From NCBI GenBank assembly GCA_022822785.1, contig JAJEAL010000076.1:30506-94505 (forward strand): a stretch of 64,000 bases of DNA, written 5' to 3'. This document shows, one piece after another, positions 9,214-18,748 of this stretch. The notes under the pieces were generated by a model. The model searched no databases and had not been told where the DNA came from. It saw nothing but the letters and a program-made list of their open reading frames with translations. Made by a program: the position numbers and the translations under genes. How positions within the stretch are numbered: position 1 is the first letter of the stretch; every line of letters begins with the position of its first letter. This stretch comes from Candidatus Poribacteria bacterium. GTDB lineage: Bacteria; Poribacteria; WGA-4E; PCPOR2b.

Positions 9214-9849
9214 ATGGGTCAAACCGTCGATATTGGCAAACGTATTGAATTGGTCCCGATGGACCCTCATTTCCACGACATAACGATCGCGCTATACCAA
9301 CAGGGGCCGGATGAGAGCCCCCTGTTCTTAGTGCATACCTACAGCCAGATGGAAGGGGCTCAAGAGCGTATTCAGTTTGCGATCGAAGCGATGACGCGCA
9401 TGGGAAACCTGATTGTGACTGCGAACGGGATGCTCCAGTTCCCCTGTGGATCAGGACATCAACTCGCTTGCAGACGGACTTTTCTAGAGTCATGTAAGCT
9501 CTCCCCGAACGATTCAGCGGAACCTCGTCCCTTACAGATTCTAGACAGAAAGTCAGGCATGACTATCACGGTCGATAGTCTTGGACAAGGGATTTACCAA
9601 GTGAAAGCTGATGGCGAGGGCAGACGTGCCGACAGACGTGTCTCCGCAATTGCTGGCGGTTTACTGAAATTAGGAGAGATGGAAGAGGTGGACGGAACGC
9701 TCGATAAGGTCGCGTTTCCGTGTGGCCATTCCCACGATGCGTTGGTCGGTTTGTTGCTTGTTCGTGCCCCGAATGTACGCGCCATCGTACGGGAGCAAGA
9801 GATGGCAGCCTCGCGTGGCGTCCTCGCAGCACCTAGTCAACAGAATTAG
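9214..9849 (+). CDS. Hypothetical protein with an internal FPCG(S/H)xH duplication; first gene of the corrinoid methyltransferase cluster
   Basis: ORF with a GAGGAGA ribosome-binding site, ending 10 nt before the MtaA-like gene. Two repeated FPCGSGH / FPCGHSH motifs are present. I recognised no known family. Confidence 0.5.
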   Translation: MGQTVDIGKRIELVPMDPHFHDITIALYQQGPDESPLFLVHTYSQMEGAQERIQFAIEAMTRMGNLIVTANGMLQFPCGSGHQLACRRTFLESCKLSPNDSAEPRPLQILDRKSGMTITVDSLGQGIYQVKADGEGRRADRRVSAIAGGLLKLGEMEEVDGTLDKVAFPCGHSHDALVGLLLVRAPNVRAIVREQEMAASRGVLAAPSQQN

Positions 9850-9858
9850 GAGGAAAAT

Positions 9859-10914
9859 ATGGGAACCCAAAAACAAACCGTCGGACCGATGACCGGTAGA
9901 GAACGGGTTTTGGCAGCGTTGAAAAGAGAACCTGTGGACCGAACGCCGATTTGCAATCCAACGTCCGTCGCCACAGTAGAATTGATGGACTTGGTAGATG
10001 CACCATTCCCGGAAGCCAATCGTCAACCTGAGTTGATGGCACGGTTAGCCGCCACCGGGTATACTGAGTTAGGTTTCGATACCATTATGCCTGTTTTCAC
10101 GATTATTCAAGAATCCTCTGCACTCGGATGCAAGATCCAATGGGAGCAGAAGGACAATTGGCCCACGGTTAGAATGCGCGAGCCAATCTGGGAGGATGTC
10201 GATGAAATCAAGATTCCATCAGATTTTCTGACCCATCCGGATACCAAATGCGTACTCGATGCAATTAAAATCCTTAAGAAGGAATACGGGGAGGACGTCG
10301 CTATTATTGGAAAAACGATGGGACCGTGGTCTCAGGCCTATCACTGTTTCGGCGTGGAGCCTTTTTTGCTGCTATCCTTGGATGATCCGGGCACAACGAA
10401 ACTCGCGCTGGATAGGTTGAAGGAAGCCACGATAGAATTTGGCGTCGCACAGATTGAAGCGGGAGCAGATGCACTGACCCTACCCGACCACGCAACGGGC
10501 GATCTGGTCAGTGGTGAATACTATGAGCGTTACCTCCGCGACCTGCACATTGAGTTCGTCGAGCGGATTCCTATCCCGCTGATTCTTCATATTTGTGGGC
10601 GGACAGTGGATAGAATGGAATATATCGCTCAGACAGGAATGGCAGCCTTCCACTACGATTCCAAGAACGAACCCGGTGAATCTATGGAAGTGGTTAAAGA
10701 GCGAATCGCTCTAGTGGGCAACATTAATAACCCTGAGACGCTCTTCTCGAAGGGTCCCGAAGACGTTCGCGGGGAAGTCTACAAGAATCTGGAATCCGGT
10801 GTACATCTTATTGGTCCAGAGTGTGCGATTCCGTTGCAGACCGCTATTGAAAATCTCAAAGAAATTCCCAAAGCGGTGCAGGACTGGCACAAGGAACATA
10901 CGGAATTGAATTAG
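9859..10914 (+). CDS. Uroporphyrinogen decarboxylase (UroD)/MtaA-CmuA family methyltransferase (methylcobamide- or substrate:corrinoid methyltransferase)
   Basis: N-terminal MTGRERVLAALKREPVDRTPICNPTSVATVELM is typical of the MtaA/MtbA/UroD-like family. It has an AGGAGG ribosome-binding site and a length of about 350 aa. Confidence 0.75.
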   Translation: MGTQKQTVGPMTGRERVLAALKREPVDRTPICNPTSVATVELMDLVDAPFPEANRQPELMARLAATGYTELGFDTIMPVFTIIQESSALGCKIQWEQKDNWPTVRMREPIWEDVDEIKIPSDFLTHPDTKCVLDAIKILKKEYGEDVAIIGKTMGPWSQAYHCFGVEPFLLLSLDDPGTTKLALDRLKEATIEFGVAQIEAGADALTLPDHATGDLVSGEYYERYLRDLHIEFVERIPIPLILHICGRTVDRMEYIAQTGMAAFHYDSKNEPGESMEVVKERIALVGNINNPETLFSKGPEDVRGEVYKNLESGVHLIGPECAIPLQTAIENLKEIPKAVQDWHKEHTELN

Positions 10915-10963
10915 GATTAGTACAGAGAAATGTTGCTATAGGGAAAATCTTAATAGAACGTCT

Positions 10964-11323
10964 GTGTTGACAAGGACAAAAGATATGGTTCAGCTAACGA
11001 TGCAAGTTCCCGATGAATTGGCAACACAGATCCAGCCGATTGGCTCTTGGCTTCCAACCGTTATCGAGTTGAGTCTCATCGGATTTAAGACCTTGGCTGC
11101 CGCTACCACAGCCGAGACAATTCAGTTTTTATCAAAAAATCCTGACCCGCAGGAGGTGCTTAACTATCATGTTTCTGAAAGGGCGCAGGAGAGGCTTCAA
11201 CGCTTACTCACACTAAATCAAGCTGGATTGTTATCGGAGATGGAGCAACTTGAACTCGATGAACTGCAACAAATTGAGCATATTATCATCATGCTCAAAG
11301 CACAAGTTACATCACAGCTATAG
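10964..11323 (+). CDS. Hypothetical small protein
   Basis: An ORF only, lying between the MtaA-like gene and the repeat element. No motifs recognised. Confidence 0.3.
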   Translation: MLTRTKDMVQLTMQVPDELATQIQPIGSWLPTVIELSLIGFKTLAAATTAETIQFLSKNPDPQEVLNYHVSERAQERLQRLLTLNQAGLLSEMEQLELDELQQIEHIIIMLKAQVTSQL

Positions 11324-11340
11324 TAAAGTTTAGAATTAAT

Positions 11341-11579
11341 TGGACACTCTGTACCGGGGATGGGAAAATCCGGGCTATCACCCCGGTAGGTGCGGTTTCA
11401 TGAAGATTAATTTATTAATTGGGTAATTTGCTATTGACACCAGCGCGGTTGCAAGCCGCGCCTACCGGGTCTTGGGGAAATATAGAGTTACCCGATTATT
11501 TCCTGAAACTTCATCTAACCGCACCCCATCGGCGCAGTTGGAAACAGCGCCTACCAAACATGGGGAGCGAAAGTGTCTA
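11341..11579. mobile_element. MITE-like intergenic repeat element, copy B (longest copy)
   Basis: Left end AATTAATTGGACACT and right end GAGCGAAAGTGTCTA form terminal inverted repeats. Contains ggcgcagttggaaacagcgcctaccaaacatggggagcgaaagtgtcta and ggaaaatccgggctatcaccccggtaggtgcgg, shared with copies A and D. Confidence 0.65.
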
Positions 11580-11621
11580 TCTGTTTTTAGAATCCACTAT
11601 AAGTTCAAAGAGAAAAAAACT

Positions 11622-12392
11622 ATGGCAGAAATTACCGACATTCAAAATGAAATTATTGTAGACGAGATTGAGGAGTTCATTGAGCGCCCTGACGAACGGG
11701 AGCGCGCTATTAATACATTTGCCCAAACCACCCCTGAGATGCAGGACATCGCCGCAGCGCTCATTGACGGAGACAACGATGGTGTGGATGAGATGACCAA
11801 AGCCGCTTTGGACGCGGGCACCGAAGCACTGGAAATCATGGATGACGGCCTAATCGCAGGAATGGGGGTCGTCGGGATTAAGTTCCGAGAGAACTTTATC
11901 TTCGTCCCGGAAGTCCTCGCTTGCGCCCGAGCAATGAAAGCCGGCATGGCGTATATTGAACCGATTCTATCCGCCTCCGGCATCGATCCCATCGGGACTG
12001 TAATCATGGGAACGGTGAAAGGCGATCTCCACGACATCGGCAAGAACCTGTGCATCATGATGCTGCGGGGCGCAGGATTCGTTGTGCACGACTTGGGTGT
12101 GGACACCTCGGACGATGAGTTCATCGAAGCAGTGGAGGAGCACGAGGCACCCATACTCGGAATGTCAGCGTTGCTGACCACCACGATGCCAAACATGGGC
12201 AAGACAATTGAAGCCTTCATCGATGAAGATCTCCGGGAAGATGTGAAGATTATGGTGGGCGGTGCCCCGGTGACCCAAGAGTTCGCCGATGATATGGGTG
12301 CGGATGGCTACGGCAAAGACGCCCTTGAATGCGTGGCACTAGCAAAGAAGTTCCTCGAAGAAGAAGAGGACGAAGACTGGGCAGCAGATTAG
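11622..12392 (+). CDS. Corrinoid (cobalamin-binding) protein, MtaC/MtbC/MetH-B12-domain-like
   Basis: B12-binding Rossmann domain with the DxHxxG signature DLHDIGKNLCIMMLRGAGF and GMSALLTTTMPNM, preceded by a helical cap domain. The start is set at the ATG at 11622 (MAEITD), because the longer ORF-track frames begin inside the repeat. Confidence 0.8.
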   Translation: MAEITDIQNEIIVDEIEEFIERPDERERAINTFAQTTPEMQDIAAALIDGDNDGVDEMTKAALDAGTEALEIMDDGLIAGMGVVGIKFRENFIFVPEVLACARAMKAGMAYIEPILSASGIDPIGTVIMGTVKGDLHDIGKNLCIMMLRGAGFVVHDLGVDTSDDEFIEAVEEHEAPILGMSALLTTTMPNMGKTIEAFIDEDLREDVKIMVGGAPVTQEFADDMGADGYGKDALECVALAKKFLEEEEDEDWAAD

Positions 12393-12468
12393 AGGCTTCT
12401 CTCAAGCCGATTGGGTGTTAAGCTGGCTCGGTACAAAAAATTAAGGCAAACCTATTGACAACTTAAAC

Positions 12469-14424
12469 ATGAACAAAGAAGAATACCAGAAACGTTTAGA
12501 CAAAATAACAGAGCTGTTTTCAAGCATGGTAACTCATGCTGACCAACAATCGATGCATCGGTGCCCTTATAAAAACCGCTTCGATCAATGCACCGCTAAG
12601 TTCGGGTGTCGAAACCAGCGTAGGCCGCCTAGCGAAGGTTTGGTTGATAGGGAACGCAGATCTGCGTTCCCTACTAGCGTCCGCGGCACTCCAGAGGAAG
12701 GATTACTTTTGTGTGGTGGGGACGATAAGATTGACTATCGGACCGCGTGGGAAACTGAAGTTGCTAACGGCGCTTTCCTCGAAAATGAAGAAAACTACGG
12801 ATCGGGAACGGTAACACACGACAGCAAAAAGCGGCCTCTCGCAGCCGGAAAGACCATTTTCGATTACGCTGATGAACTCGCAGTTCAGGTGCCGACCTCC
12901 TGCTTCCGGACCGGGCAATGCCACGAATGTATTGTGGAAATTAAAGAGGGAATGGAGGCGCTGCGAACTCGGAACGAAGCAGAATCGTTTTTGCGAGAGA
13001 ACTATCGGCTCGCCTGCCAAGCAGTGGTTAAAGCCCCCGATATCGACATAGTGTTTTCGCCAATACGGCGCACCCCCAAGATCCTTACCCGTACGCACGA
13101 AAAACCCCTTCAAATTGACCCGTTAGTGACGCGCCGTGAAGACACGGTTTACTACGACGATGAGGCAGTTGACAGATACCGCGGTCATATCTACGGCTTG
13201 GCAATTGACCTCGGCACCACAACAGTCGTCATCGATTTAGTCGATCTGGAAACCGGTGAAAGTGTCCATGTCAGCTCCTTTGAAAACCCACAACGGTTCG
13301 GCGGCAGTGATATCATGCATCGCATTTCGTATGATGGTGAGTTCGGTGGCGAATTGCGCTGGTCAGTCATCAACGCGCTCAACCACGAAATTCGGGAAAT
13401 GGCTCAACAGTTAGGGTTCGTGCGTCAAGAAATTTACGAGATTGTTGTCGTGGGCAACTCGACCATGCGAGACATTTTCTTTAAGCTGGATGTACAAAGT
13501 ATCGGTCAAAAACCCTATCAATCGGTAATCGAGGGTCAATATCGTGCCGGTGAGCGCGAAACCACTTCCCTTATTGAAAAGACACGGCGACTTGGGATTC
13601 GAGCTAACCCCAAAGCGTGGGTGTATGGGCTGCCATTAATCGGCAGCCATGTTGGTGCCGACGTTGCAGCGGACCTAGTAGCACTCGACATGGCATCTCA
13701 AAAAGAGGTCGTCATGCTAGTAGATGTCGGCACGAATACTGAAGTGGTGGTTGGACATCCGGGGCGGCTGATTGCTGCGTCCTGCCCAGCAGGACCCGCT
13801 TTTGAGGGCGGCGGCATTAAGTACGGGATGCCCGGCTACGACGAAGCGATTGAGTCCGTCCGTTGGGTAGATGGTCAGATTGAATATAGTACGATCGGTG
13901 GCGTTGAACCTAAAGGCATCTGTGGCTCCGGTTTAATCGACCTATTGGCGGAGCTTCGTCGGAACGGACAGATGACTGAAATGGGGGTCTTCGGGAACAG
14001 AAAGACACGTGAGATACCCATTATCCCGGAATACGGCATCACTTTCTCCCGCGAAGATGCTAGCAATCTAGCGCAAGCTAAGGCTGCTAACTACTGCGGT
14101 CAATTCATCGTTATGCGAAGGTTCGGGATCAATCCGGCGGATATAAGTCGGCTCTATCTAGCGGGTGGTTTCGCCAATTATGTGGATGTGCGTAACGCAA
14201 TTGATATCGGGTTTTTGGCACCGGTAGATGAAAGCCGTATCTCCAAGATTGGCAACGCTGCGGTACAGGGCGCAAAGGAAGTACTCCTCTCACGAAAGAA
14301 ACGTGAGGATATTGAGCGTTTGGTCAAAGGGATAGAACATGTAGAATTGGAGACCACCTCCGATTTCTTTGAGGTGTTCGTCGAAGGGTGCCAATTTAAG
14401 CCGATGCCGACAGAGTTTGTGTGA
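12469..14424 (+). CDS. RamA/RACo-like reductive activator of corrinoid proteins (2Fe-2S ferredoxin plus ASKHA ATPase, DUF4445-like)
   Basis: N-terminal plant-type ferredoxin Cys pattern (SCFRTGQCHECIV...LACQ), followed by a large ASKHA-fold region (DLGTTTVV, VDVGTNTEVVVG). The length is about 650 aa. It is adjacent to a corrinoid protein. Confidence 0.7.
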   Translation: MNKEEYQKRLDKITELFSSMVTHADQQSMHRCPYKNRFDQCTAKFGCRNQRRPPSEGLVDRERRSAFPTSVRGTPEEGLLLCGGDDKIDYRTAWETEVANGAFLENEENYGSGTVTHDSKKRPLAAGKTIFDYADELAVQVPTSCFRTGQCHECIVEIKEGMEALRTRNEAESFLRENYRLACQAVVKAPDIDIVFSPIRRTPKILTRTHEKPLQIDPLVTRREDTVYYDDEAVDRYRGHIYGLAIDLGTTTVVIDLVDLETGESVHVSSFENPQRFGGSDIMHRISYDGEFGGELRWSVINALNHEIREMAQQLGFVRQEIYEIVVVGNSTMRDIFFKLDVQSIGQKPYQSVIEGQYRAGERETTSLIEKTRRLGIRANPKAWVYGLPLIGSHVGADVAADLVALDMASQKEVVMLVDVGTNTEVVVGHPGRLIAASCPAGPAFEGGGIKYGMPGYDEAIESVRWVDGQIEYSTIGGVEPKGICGSGLIDLLAELRRNGQMTEMGVFGNRKTREIPIIPEYGITFSREDASNLAQAKAANYCGQFIVMRRFGINPADISRLYLAGGFANYVDVRNAIDIGFLAPVDESRISKIGNAAVQGAKEVLLSRKKREDIERLVKGIEHVELETTSDFFEVFVEGCQFKPMPTEFV

Positions 14425-14478
14425 GGGTGGGAAACCTTTCGCGCTAAAATAGAGACCGAGCTCAAAATTTCAACGATT

Positions 14479-16137
14479 TTGACTAAGGATTTTTCAACCC
14501 ACGCCCCGTCAAGCGAGCCCACAATTATGAATACCTCCCCTACCGAAGCGAATCGTAACTTTAGTGCTTGGCAGAAGCCTACACTGCGCTATCTGCTTCA
14601 GGAGACAGATACATTCGTCACCTGTGTGGAATTGGTAACCTCGCGCGGAACCATCACCGAGCGCGATGGTCGTCGGATGTTAGCACTCGCGCGAAAACTC
14701 ACCGACAATCCGGGTATACACGCTCTAAGCATTACCGACAATCCGGGCGGTAACGCGATGATGGGCGCCGATACTTTGGGGACCGATTTGATCTCCCGCG
14801 GTCAAGAGGTGATTATTCACCTCTCTTGCAAAGATTGGAACCGCAATGCCCTACAGAGTCGAGGGTGGCAGCTCGCCAGCGAAGGGTTTAACAATATCTT
14901 AGCACTATCGGGCGATTATCCAACCGATGGGTATCACGGTCAAGCGAGCCCTGTATTTGACACGGACTCCGTAGGTTTGCTGAAGATGTTCACCGATATG
15001 AATGCTGGTATGAAGGTGGGCACTGGAAAAAGGTCGCAAGTGCTGCAGCGCACCAATTTTTTATTAGGTGCGGTGGTCAACAACCACAAACGTTACGAAC
15101 GCGAGGTTATGCCACAGTATTTCAAGCTAAAAAAGAAGATTGAGAACGGTGCTGCGTTCATCATCAACCAGATTGGATACGACTCACGCAAACAGGATGA
15201 ACTGTTGAAGTATATGGCAGCTCATAAGATGCGCGTACCGGTGATTGGCAACGTCTACGTCCTCAGTCGTGTTGCGGCCCGTTTTTTTAACAAAGGTAAC
15301 ATCCCCGGTGTAATCGTAACCGATGCACTACTTAACCTAATTGAAAAACAGGCAAAATCAAAGGACAAGGGCAAAGCTTTCTTCTTGGAGTTGGCCGCCA
15401 AGCAGTGCGCCATCGCCAAGGGGTTGGGCTATCGCGGCGTATATCTAGGGGGGCATCTACGTTACACAGATTTTGAGCGAATCCTGAAGATGGCAAATCG
15501 CTTTGGAGAGGACGATTGGAAGGATTTTGCCACAGAGATTTGTTTTCACTATCCCGATGAATTTTACTTTTTTGAACCCGACCCGGAGACGGGGCTCAGT
15601 TCAACTGAGATTAGTCGCGAGTATCTCTTTTCAAAACGGCCTGACGCCTTGAAAGCCGCCAAACAGACAATCCCCTTGAGCTATAAAATCAATCGCACGG
15701 TGCACGACAAAGTTTTTGAAAAGGGGAGCTGGGGCTTTACAATCGGCAAGCGGATTTCTCAGGCAGTCGATGGAACAAGTAAGACGGTAAAAAGAGTTAT
15801 ACACGGTGCCGAACAAGCAGTTAAGGTCCCCGCCTTTGATTGCCGTGACTGCGGCGATTGTTCGCTGCCGGATATTGCGTACCTATGTCCCGAATCCCAG
15901 TGCGTAAAAAACCAGCGTAATGGACCGTGTGGTGGGACCCGTCAGGGCAAATGCGAAATCGGTGAGAAGGACTGCATCTGGGCACGGGCTTATGACCGTC
16001 TCAAAGCCTACGGCGAAGAAGAAAAGATGTTAGACGGTCCCGCAATTTTCAAGGACGGTGCCCTCAAGGGCACGAGTGCGTGGAGCAATACTTTTCTAGA
16101 GCGGGATCATCACGCCCACAAAAAATCTAATAGCTAA
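14479..16137 (+). CDS. metF: Methylenetetrahydrofolate reductase (MetF-like) with a C-terminal Cys-rich MTHFR_C/MetV-like domain
   Basis: MTHFR motifs ALSITDNPGG, IIHLSCKD and NILALSGDYP. The C-terminal roughly 110 aa carry a dense Cys cluster (CRDCGDCSLPDIAYLCPESQCVKNQRNGPCGG...KCEIGEKDC). The start is uncertain: TTG at 14479 or ATG at 14527. Confidence 0.7.
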   Translation: MTKDFSTHAPSSEPTIMNTSPTEANRNFSAWQKPTLRYLLQETDTFVTCVELVTSRGTITERDGRRMLALARKLTDNPGIHALSITDNPGGNAMMGADTLGTDLISRGQEVIIHLSCKDWNRNALQSRGWQLASEGFNNILALSGDYPTDGYHGQASPVFDTDSVGLLKMFTDMNAGMKVGTGKRSQVLQRTNFLLGAVVNNHKRYEREVMPQYFKLKKKIENGAAFIINQIGYDSRKQDELLKYMAAHKMRVPVIGNVYVLSRVAARFFNKGNIPGVIVTDALLNLIEKQAKSKDKGKAFFLELAAKQCAIAKGLGYRGVYLGGHLRYTDFERILKMANRFGEDDWKDFATEICFHYPDEFYFFEPDPETGLSSTEISREYLFSKRPDALKAAKQTIPLSYKINRTVHDKVFEKGSWGFTIGKRISQAVDGTSKTVKRVIHGAEQAVKVPAFDCRDCGDCSLPDIAYLCPESQCVKNQRNGPCGGTRQGKCEIGEKDCIWARAYDRLKAYGEEEKMLDGPAIFKDGALKGTSAWSNTFLERDHHAHKKSNS

Positions 16138-16209
16138 TGACGCGGACGGGGGCCGCTTTTAATCGGTGCAACCGGTGCCAACCGTGTGCAGCACTACGAG
16201 GAGTTGACG

Positions 16210-17244
16210 ATGAAACTAAACGGTCAAGATTTTATCATTATCGGCGAGAATGTCCATACCACTCGTGTAGTAAGACGGAAGGGAAACCTAGTTACGGACA
16301 ACCCTGCTGGACTCGAGTCCGTCCGTTATTTGGGTACAAACAAAAAGCGCCGCTATCTTGTTATCCCCGAATCTATCAAAAAATCCCAAGAGTATGAGGA
16401 GGGGCGTGTCAAGCACGTCATCATCGCGGTTCAGGCGGCAATGGCGGGCCACGAACCCTATGCCAGCGAAGGGCTGGAATATATACGCAGAATCGTCCAA
16501 CGGCAGGTAGATGCTAACACCGACTTCCTCGATGTCAACGTGGATGAAATTTCGTGGCGGCTTGAAGAGCAGAAGGAAGCCATGCGCTGGTTGGTGCAAG
16601 CCATCCAACAGATGTCTGATACACCTTTGTCCATCGATTCCTCGAACAGCGAAATCATCACGGCGGGGCTTGAGGTGTATGATAACAGCGTCGGGCGGGC
16701 ACTACTCAACTCCGCTTCACTGGAACGCCTTGAAGCGTTAGATCTCGCCAAACAGTACAACACAAAGGTAATGGTAACCGCCGCCAGCGAATCTGGGATG
16801 CCACAGAACCCCGAAGAACGGCTCGCTAACGCCTCTCGCATGGTAGATGCAGCAAACGACAAAGGGATTGCTACTGAAGATATCTTTATTGACCCATTGT
16901 TCTTTCCGATTGGAGTGGACACTGAGAACGGCAACCACGCTTTTGAAGCTATCCGGATGCTCCGTGAGAAGTACGGTTCCGACATCCATATCAGTGGTGG
17001 ATTCAGCAATGTCTCTTTCCAGATGCCCTCCCGTCGTCTCATCAATGACGTTTTCATGGTGCTTGCAATCGAATCTGGTGCGGATAGCGGGATTATTGAC
17101 CCTGTGACCAATAAGCCGCAAAGCGCCCTCGCTATTGACCGCGCATCGCAAGTCTATCAATTGACCGAAGATATGCTGTTAGGCAAGGACCGCTTCTGTA
17201 GAACGTTCCTCCGTGCTTACCGCAAAGGCGAATTGGAGGGTTGA
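16210..17244 (+). CDS. Pterin-binding methyltetrahydrofolate:corrinoid methyltransferase (AcsE/MtrH/MetH-pterin-domain-like)
   Basis: FIIIGENVHTTR resembles the IGERIN motif of pterin-binding (DHPS-like) barrels. The length is about 345 aa. A GAGGAG ribosome-binding site precedes the ATG at 16210; a GTG alternative lies at 16186. Confidence 0.65.
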   Translation: MKLNGQDFIIIGENVHTTRVVRRKGNLVTDNPAGLESVRYLGTNKKRRYLVIPESIKKSQEYEEGRVKHVIIAVQAAMAGHEPYASEGLEYIRRIVQRQVDANTDFLDVNVDEISWRLEEQKEAMRWLVQAIQQMSDTPLSIDSSNSEIITAGLEVYDNSVGRALLNSASLERLEALDLAKQYNTKVMVTAASESGMPQNPEERLANASRMVDAANDKGIATEDIFIDPLFFPIGVDTENGNHAFEAIRMLREKYGSDIHISGGFSNVSFQMPSRRLINDVFMVLAIESGADSGIIDPVTNKPQSALAIDRASQVYQLTEDMLLGKDRFCRTFLRAYRKGELEG

Positions 17245-17247
17245 ACC

Positions 17248-17535
17248 GTGGCGATGTATCAAATCTTATACTGGAAGGATATTCCAGCGCAGGTGAGAGT
17301 TTATGAAGGTAGAAGGCGAATCACGCAGCAAATGCCCAAGCGTTTTCAGATCGAAATAGATCGCGTAGCGATGGAAACGGGTTTAGCCGGAACGGATGAT
17401 TATCTAGACCAGTGGCAGTGGACAGAAAAACAGGAACGTCCCGGCGAGCCGGAGGAAATTCTGAAGGCACTTGTTCAGGAACTTGAGGCAGAACATAACA
17501 ATAAGGCTCGGAAACGGAAGCAAAAGGGGCCGTAA
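17248..17535 (+). CDS. Hypothetical small protein with a basic C-terminal tail, translationally coupled to the upstream methyltransferase
   Basis: GGAGGG ribosome-binding site, with the start 3 nt after the upstream stop. No motif recognised. Confidence 0.4.
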   Translation: MAMYQILYWKDIPAQVRVYEGRRRITQQMPKRFQIEIDRVAMETGLAGTDDYLDQWQWTEKQERPGEPEEILKALVQELEAEHNNKARKRKQKGP

Positions 17536-17596
17536 AAGCTTGCCTGTACCTGCTAAAAAAGTAATACATAGATTAGAAGCGTAGAAAGGATTCCTT

Positions 17597-18658
17597 ATGC
17601 CTACATTCCAACCTGAAACCCTACGGCGAATCGGCTACGACCTCTTTGAAGCCGCCGGTTGCAGAGCAGAGGACACCCGATCGGTTGTTGACCACCTGAT
17701 CGAATCGAATCTCTTTGGACATGATTCTCACGGCGCCATCCGTTTCTATGAGTACGCCCGCGCTATACGAGATGGTAGATTCCAACCCACCGCAAAACCT
17801 GAAATTGTGAGCGACAATCCCTGTGCCGCAGTGGTCGATGGACACAGCGCCCTTGGACAGGTCGGGGCAACCTTTGCGATGAACCTTGCTATCGAAAAAG
17901 CACGGCAATACGGGACAGGCACTGTCGCACTGCGAAATACGAGTCATGTCGGACGAGCGGGTGCCTATCCTTTGATGGCAGCGCGAAACCAGATGCTAGG
18001 GATTGCTTTCGTCAACGCCGGTCATCTCGGCTATCAGATTGCTCCCTTCGGTGGTCTCGACGGTCGGCTCAGCACGAACCCGCTTGCATTCTCTGCCCCA
18101 CGCCGGAACGATGACCCAATCCTAGTGGATATGACCACCTCCGTAGTCGCGGAAGGCAAGATTCGCGTTGCAATCAATCAAGGTAAGGAGGTGCCGGAAG
18201 GTTGGATTATCGATTCACAAGGCAACCCGACCACCGACCCAAACGATTTCAAAGACGATCCACCCGGAGCGATTCTTCCGATGGGTGGCGTTGTGGCACA
18301 CAAAGGTTACGGACTCAGCTTTGTGGTGGAGCTCTTGGGTGGAGCTCTTAGCGGTCAGGGGTGTGCTGCCGGTGAGACCACAATGGTCAGCAACGGTGTT
18401 CTCTTCACCGTCTACAATATCAGTCACTTCACCGACCTCAACGACTATTACGATGAGGTAGAGGACCTAATTCAGCACGTCAAATCGAGTCGGCTTGCGC
18501 CGGGATTTCGCGAGATTCTGAGTCCCGGTGAACCCGAATTTCGCGCCGCCGCGCAGAAGCAGATCGAGGGCATTGAAATCGATGAGACAACGTGGACAGC
18601 TATTTGTGAGGAGGCGTCTGCTTTCGGTCTCGATCCAGAACAGTGGAAGACAGCGTAG
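17597..18658 (+). CDS. Ldh_2 family (malate/L-lactate/sulfolactate dehydrogenase type 2) oxidoreductase
   Basis: Signature LFGHDSHG and an overall length of about 350 aa. Confidence 0.7.
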   Translation: MPTFQPETLRRIGYDLFEAAGCRAEDTRSVVDHLIESNLFGHDSHGAIRFYEYARAIRDGRFQPTAKPEIVSDNPCAAVVDGHSALGQVGATFAMNLAIEKARQYGTGTVALRNTSHVGRAGAYPLMAARNQMLGIAFVNAGHLGYQIAPFGGLDGRLSTNPLAFSAPRRNDDPILVDMTTSVVAEGKIRVAINQGKEVPEGWIIDSQGNPTTDPNDFKDDPPGAILPMGGVVAHKGYGLSFVVELLGGALSGQGCAAGETTMVSNGVLFTVYNISHFTDLNDYYDEVEDLIQHVKSSRLAPGFREILSPGEPEFRAAAQKQIEGIEIDETTWTAICEEASAFGLDPEQWKTA

Positions 18659-18748
18659 AAATTCTCCCGGCCTGATCCGATGGATTGGGCCAGAAAGGAG
18701 TGAACTGAGTCAACATGAAATTTTTTTTGAAATATCAGAGGAGTTTAG

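Noticed and set aside
11419-11661. N-terminal extensions of the corrinoid protein ORF (frames starting at 11419 and 11472)
   Set aside because: These frames start inside MITE-like copy B. The B12-binding protein has a clean ATG at 11622 (MAEITD), which I used as the start.
11642-12220. A 192-aa minus-strand ORF inside the corrinoid protein gene. There are many similar antisense ORFs, for example at 1174-1557, 16458-17111, 18818-19354, 20102-20695, 34239-36175, 42860-43612, 43734-44222 and 56242-57123.
   Set aside because: These are shadow ORFs lying opposite to or overlapping well-supported genes. Their composition is low-complexity and they have no motifs or ribosome-binding sites.
16137-16397. 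An 86-aa Cys-rich ORF that overlaps the start of the pterin-binding methyltransferase
   Set aside because: It runs in a different frame across the ribosome-binding site and start of a well-supported gene. It is probably spurious.
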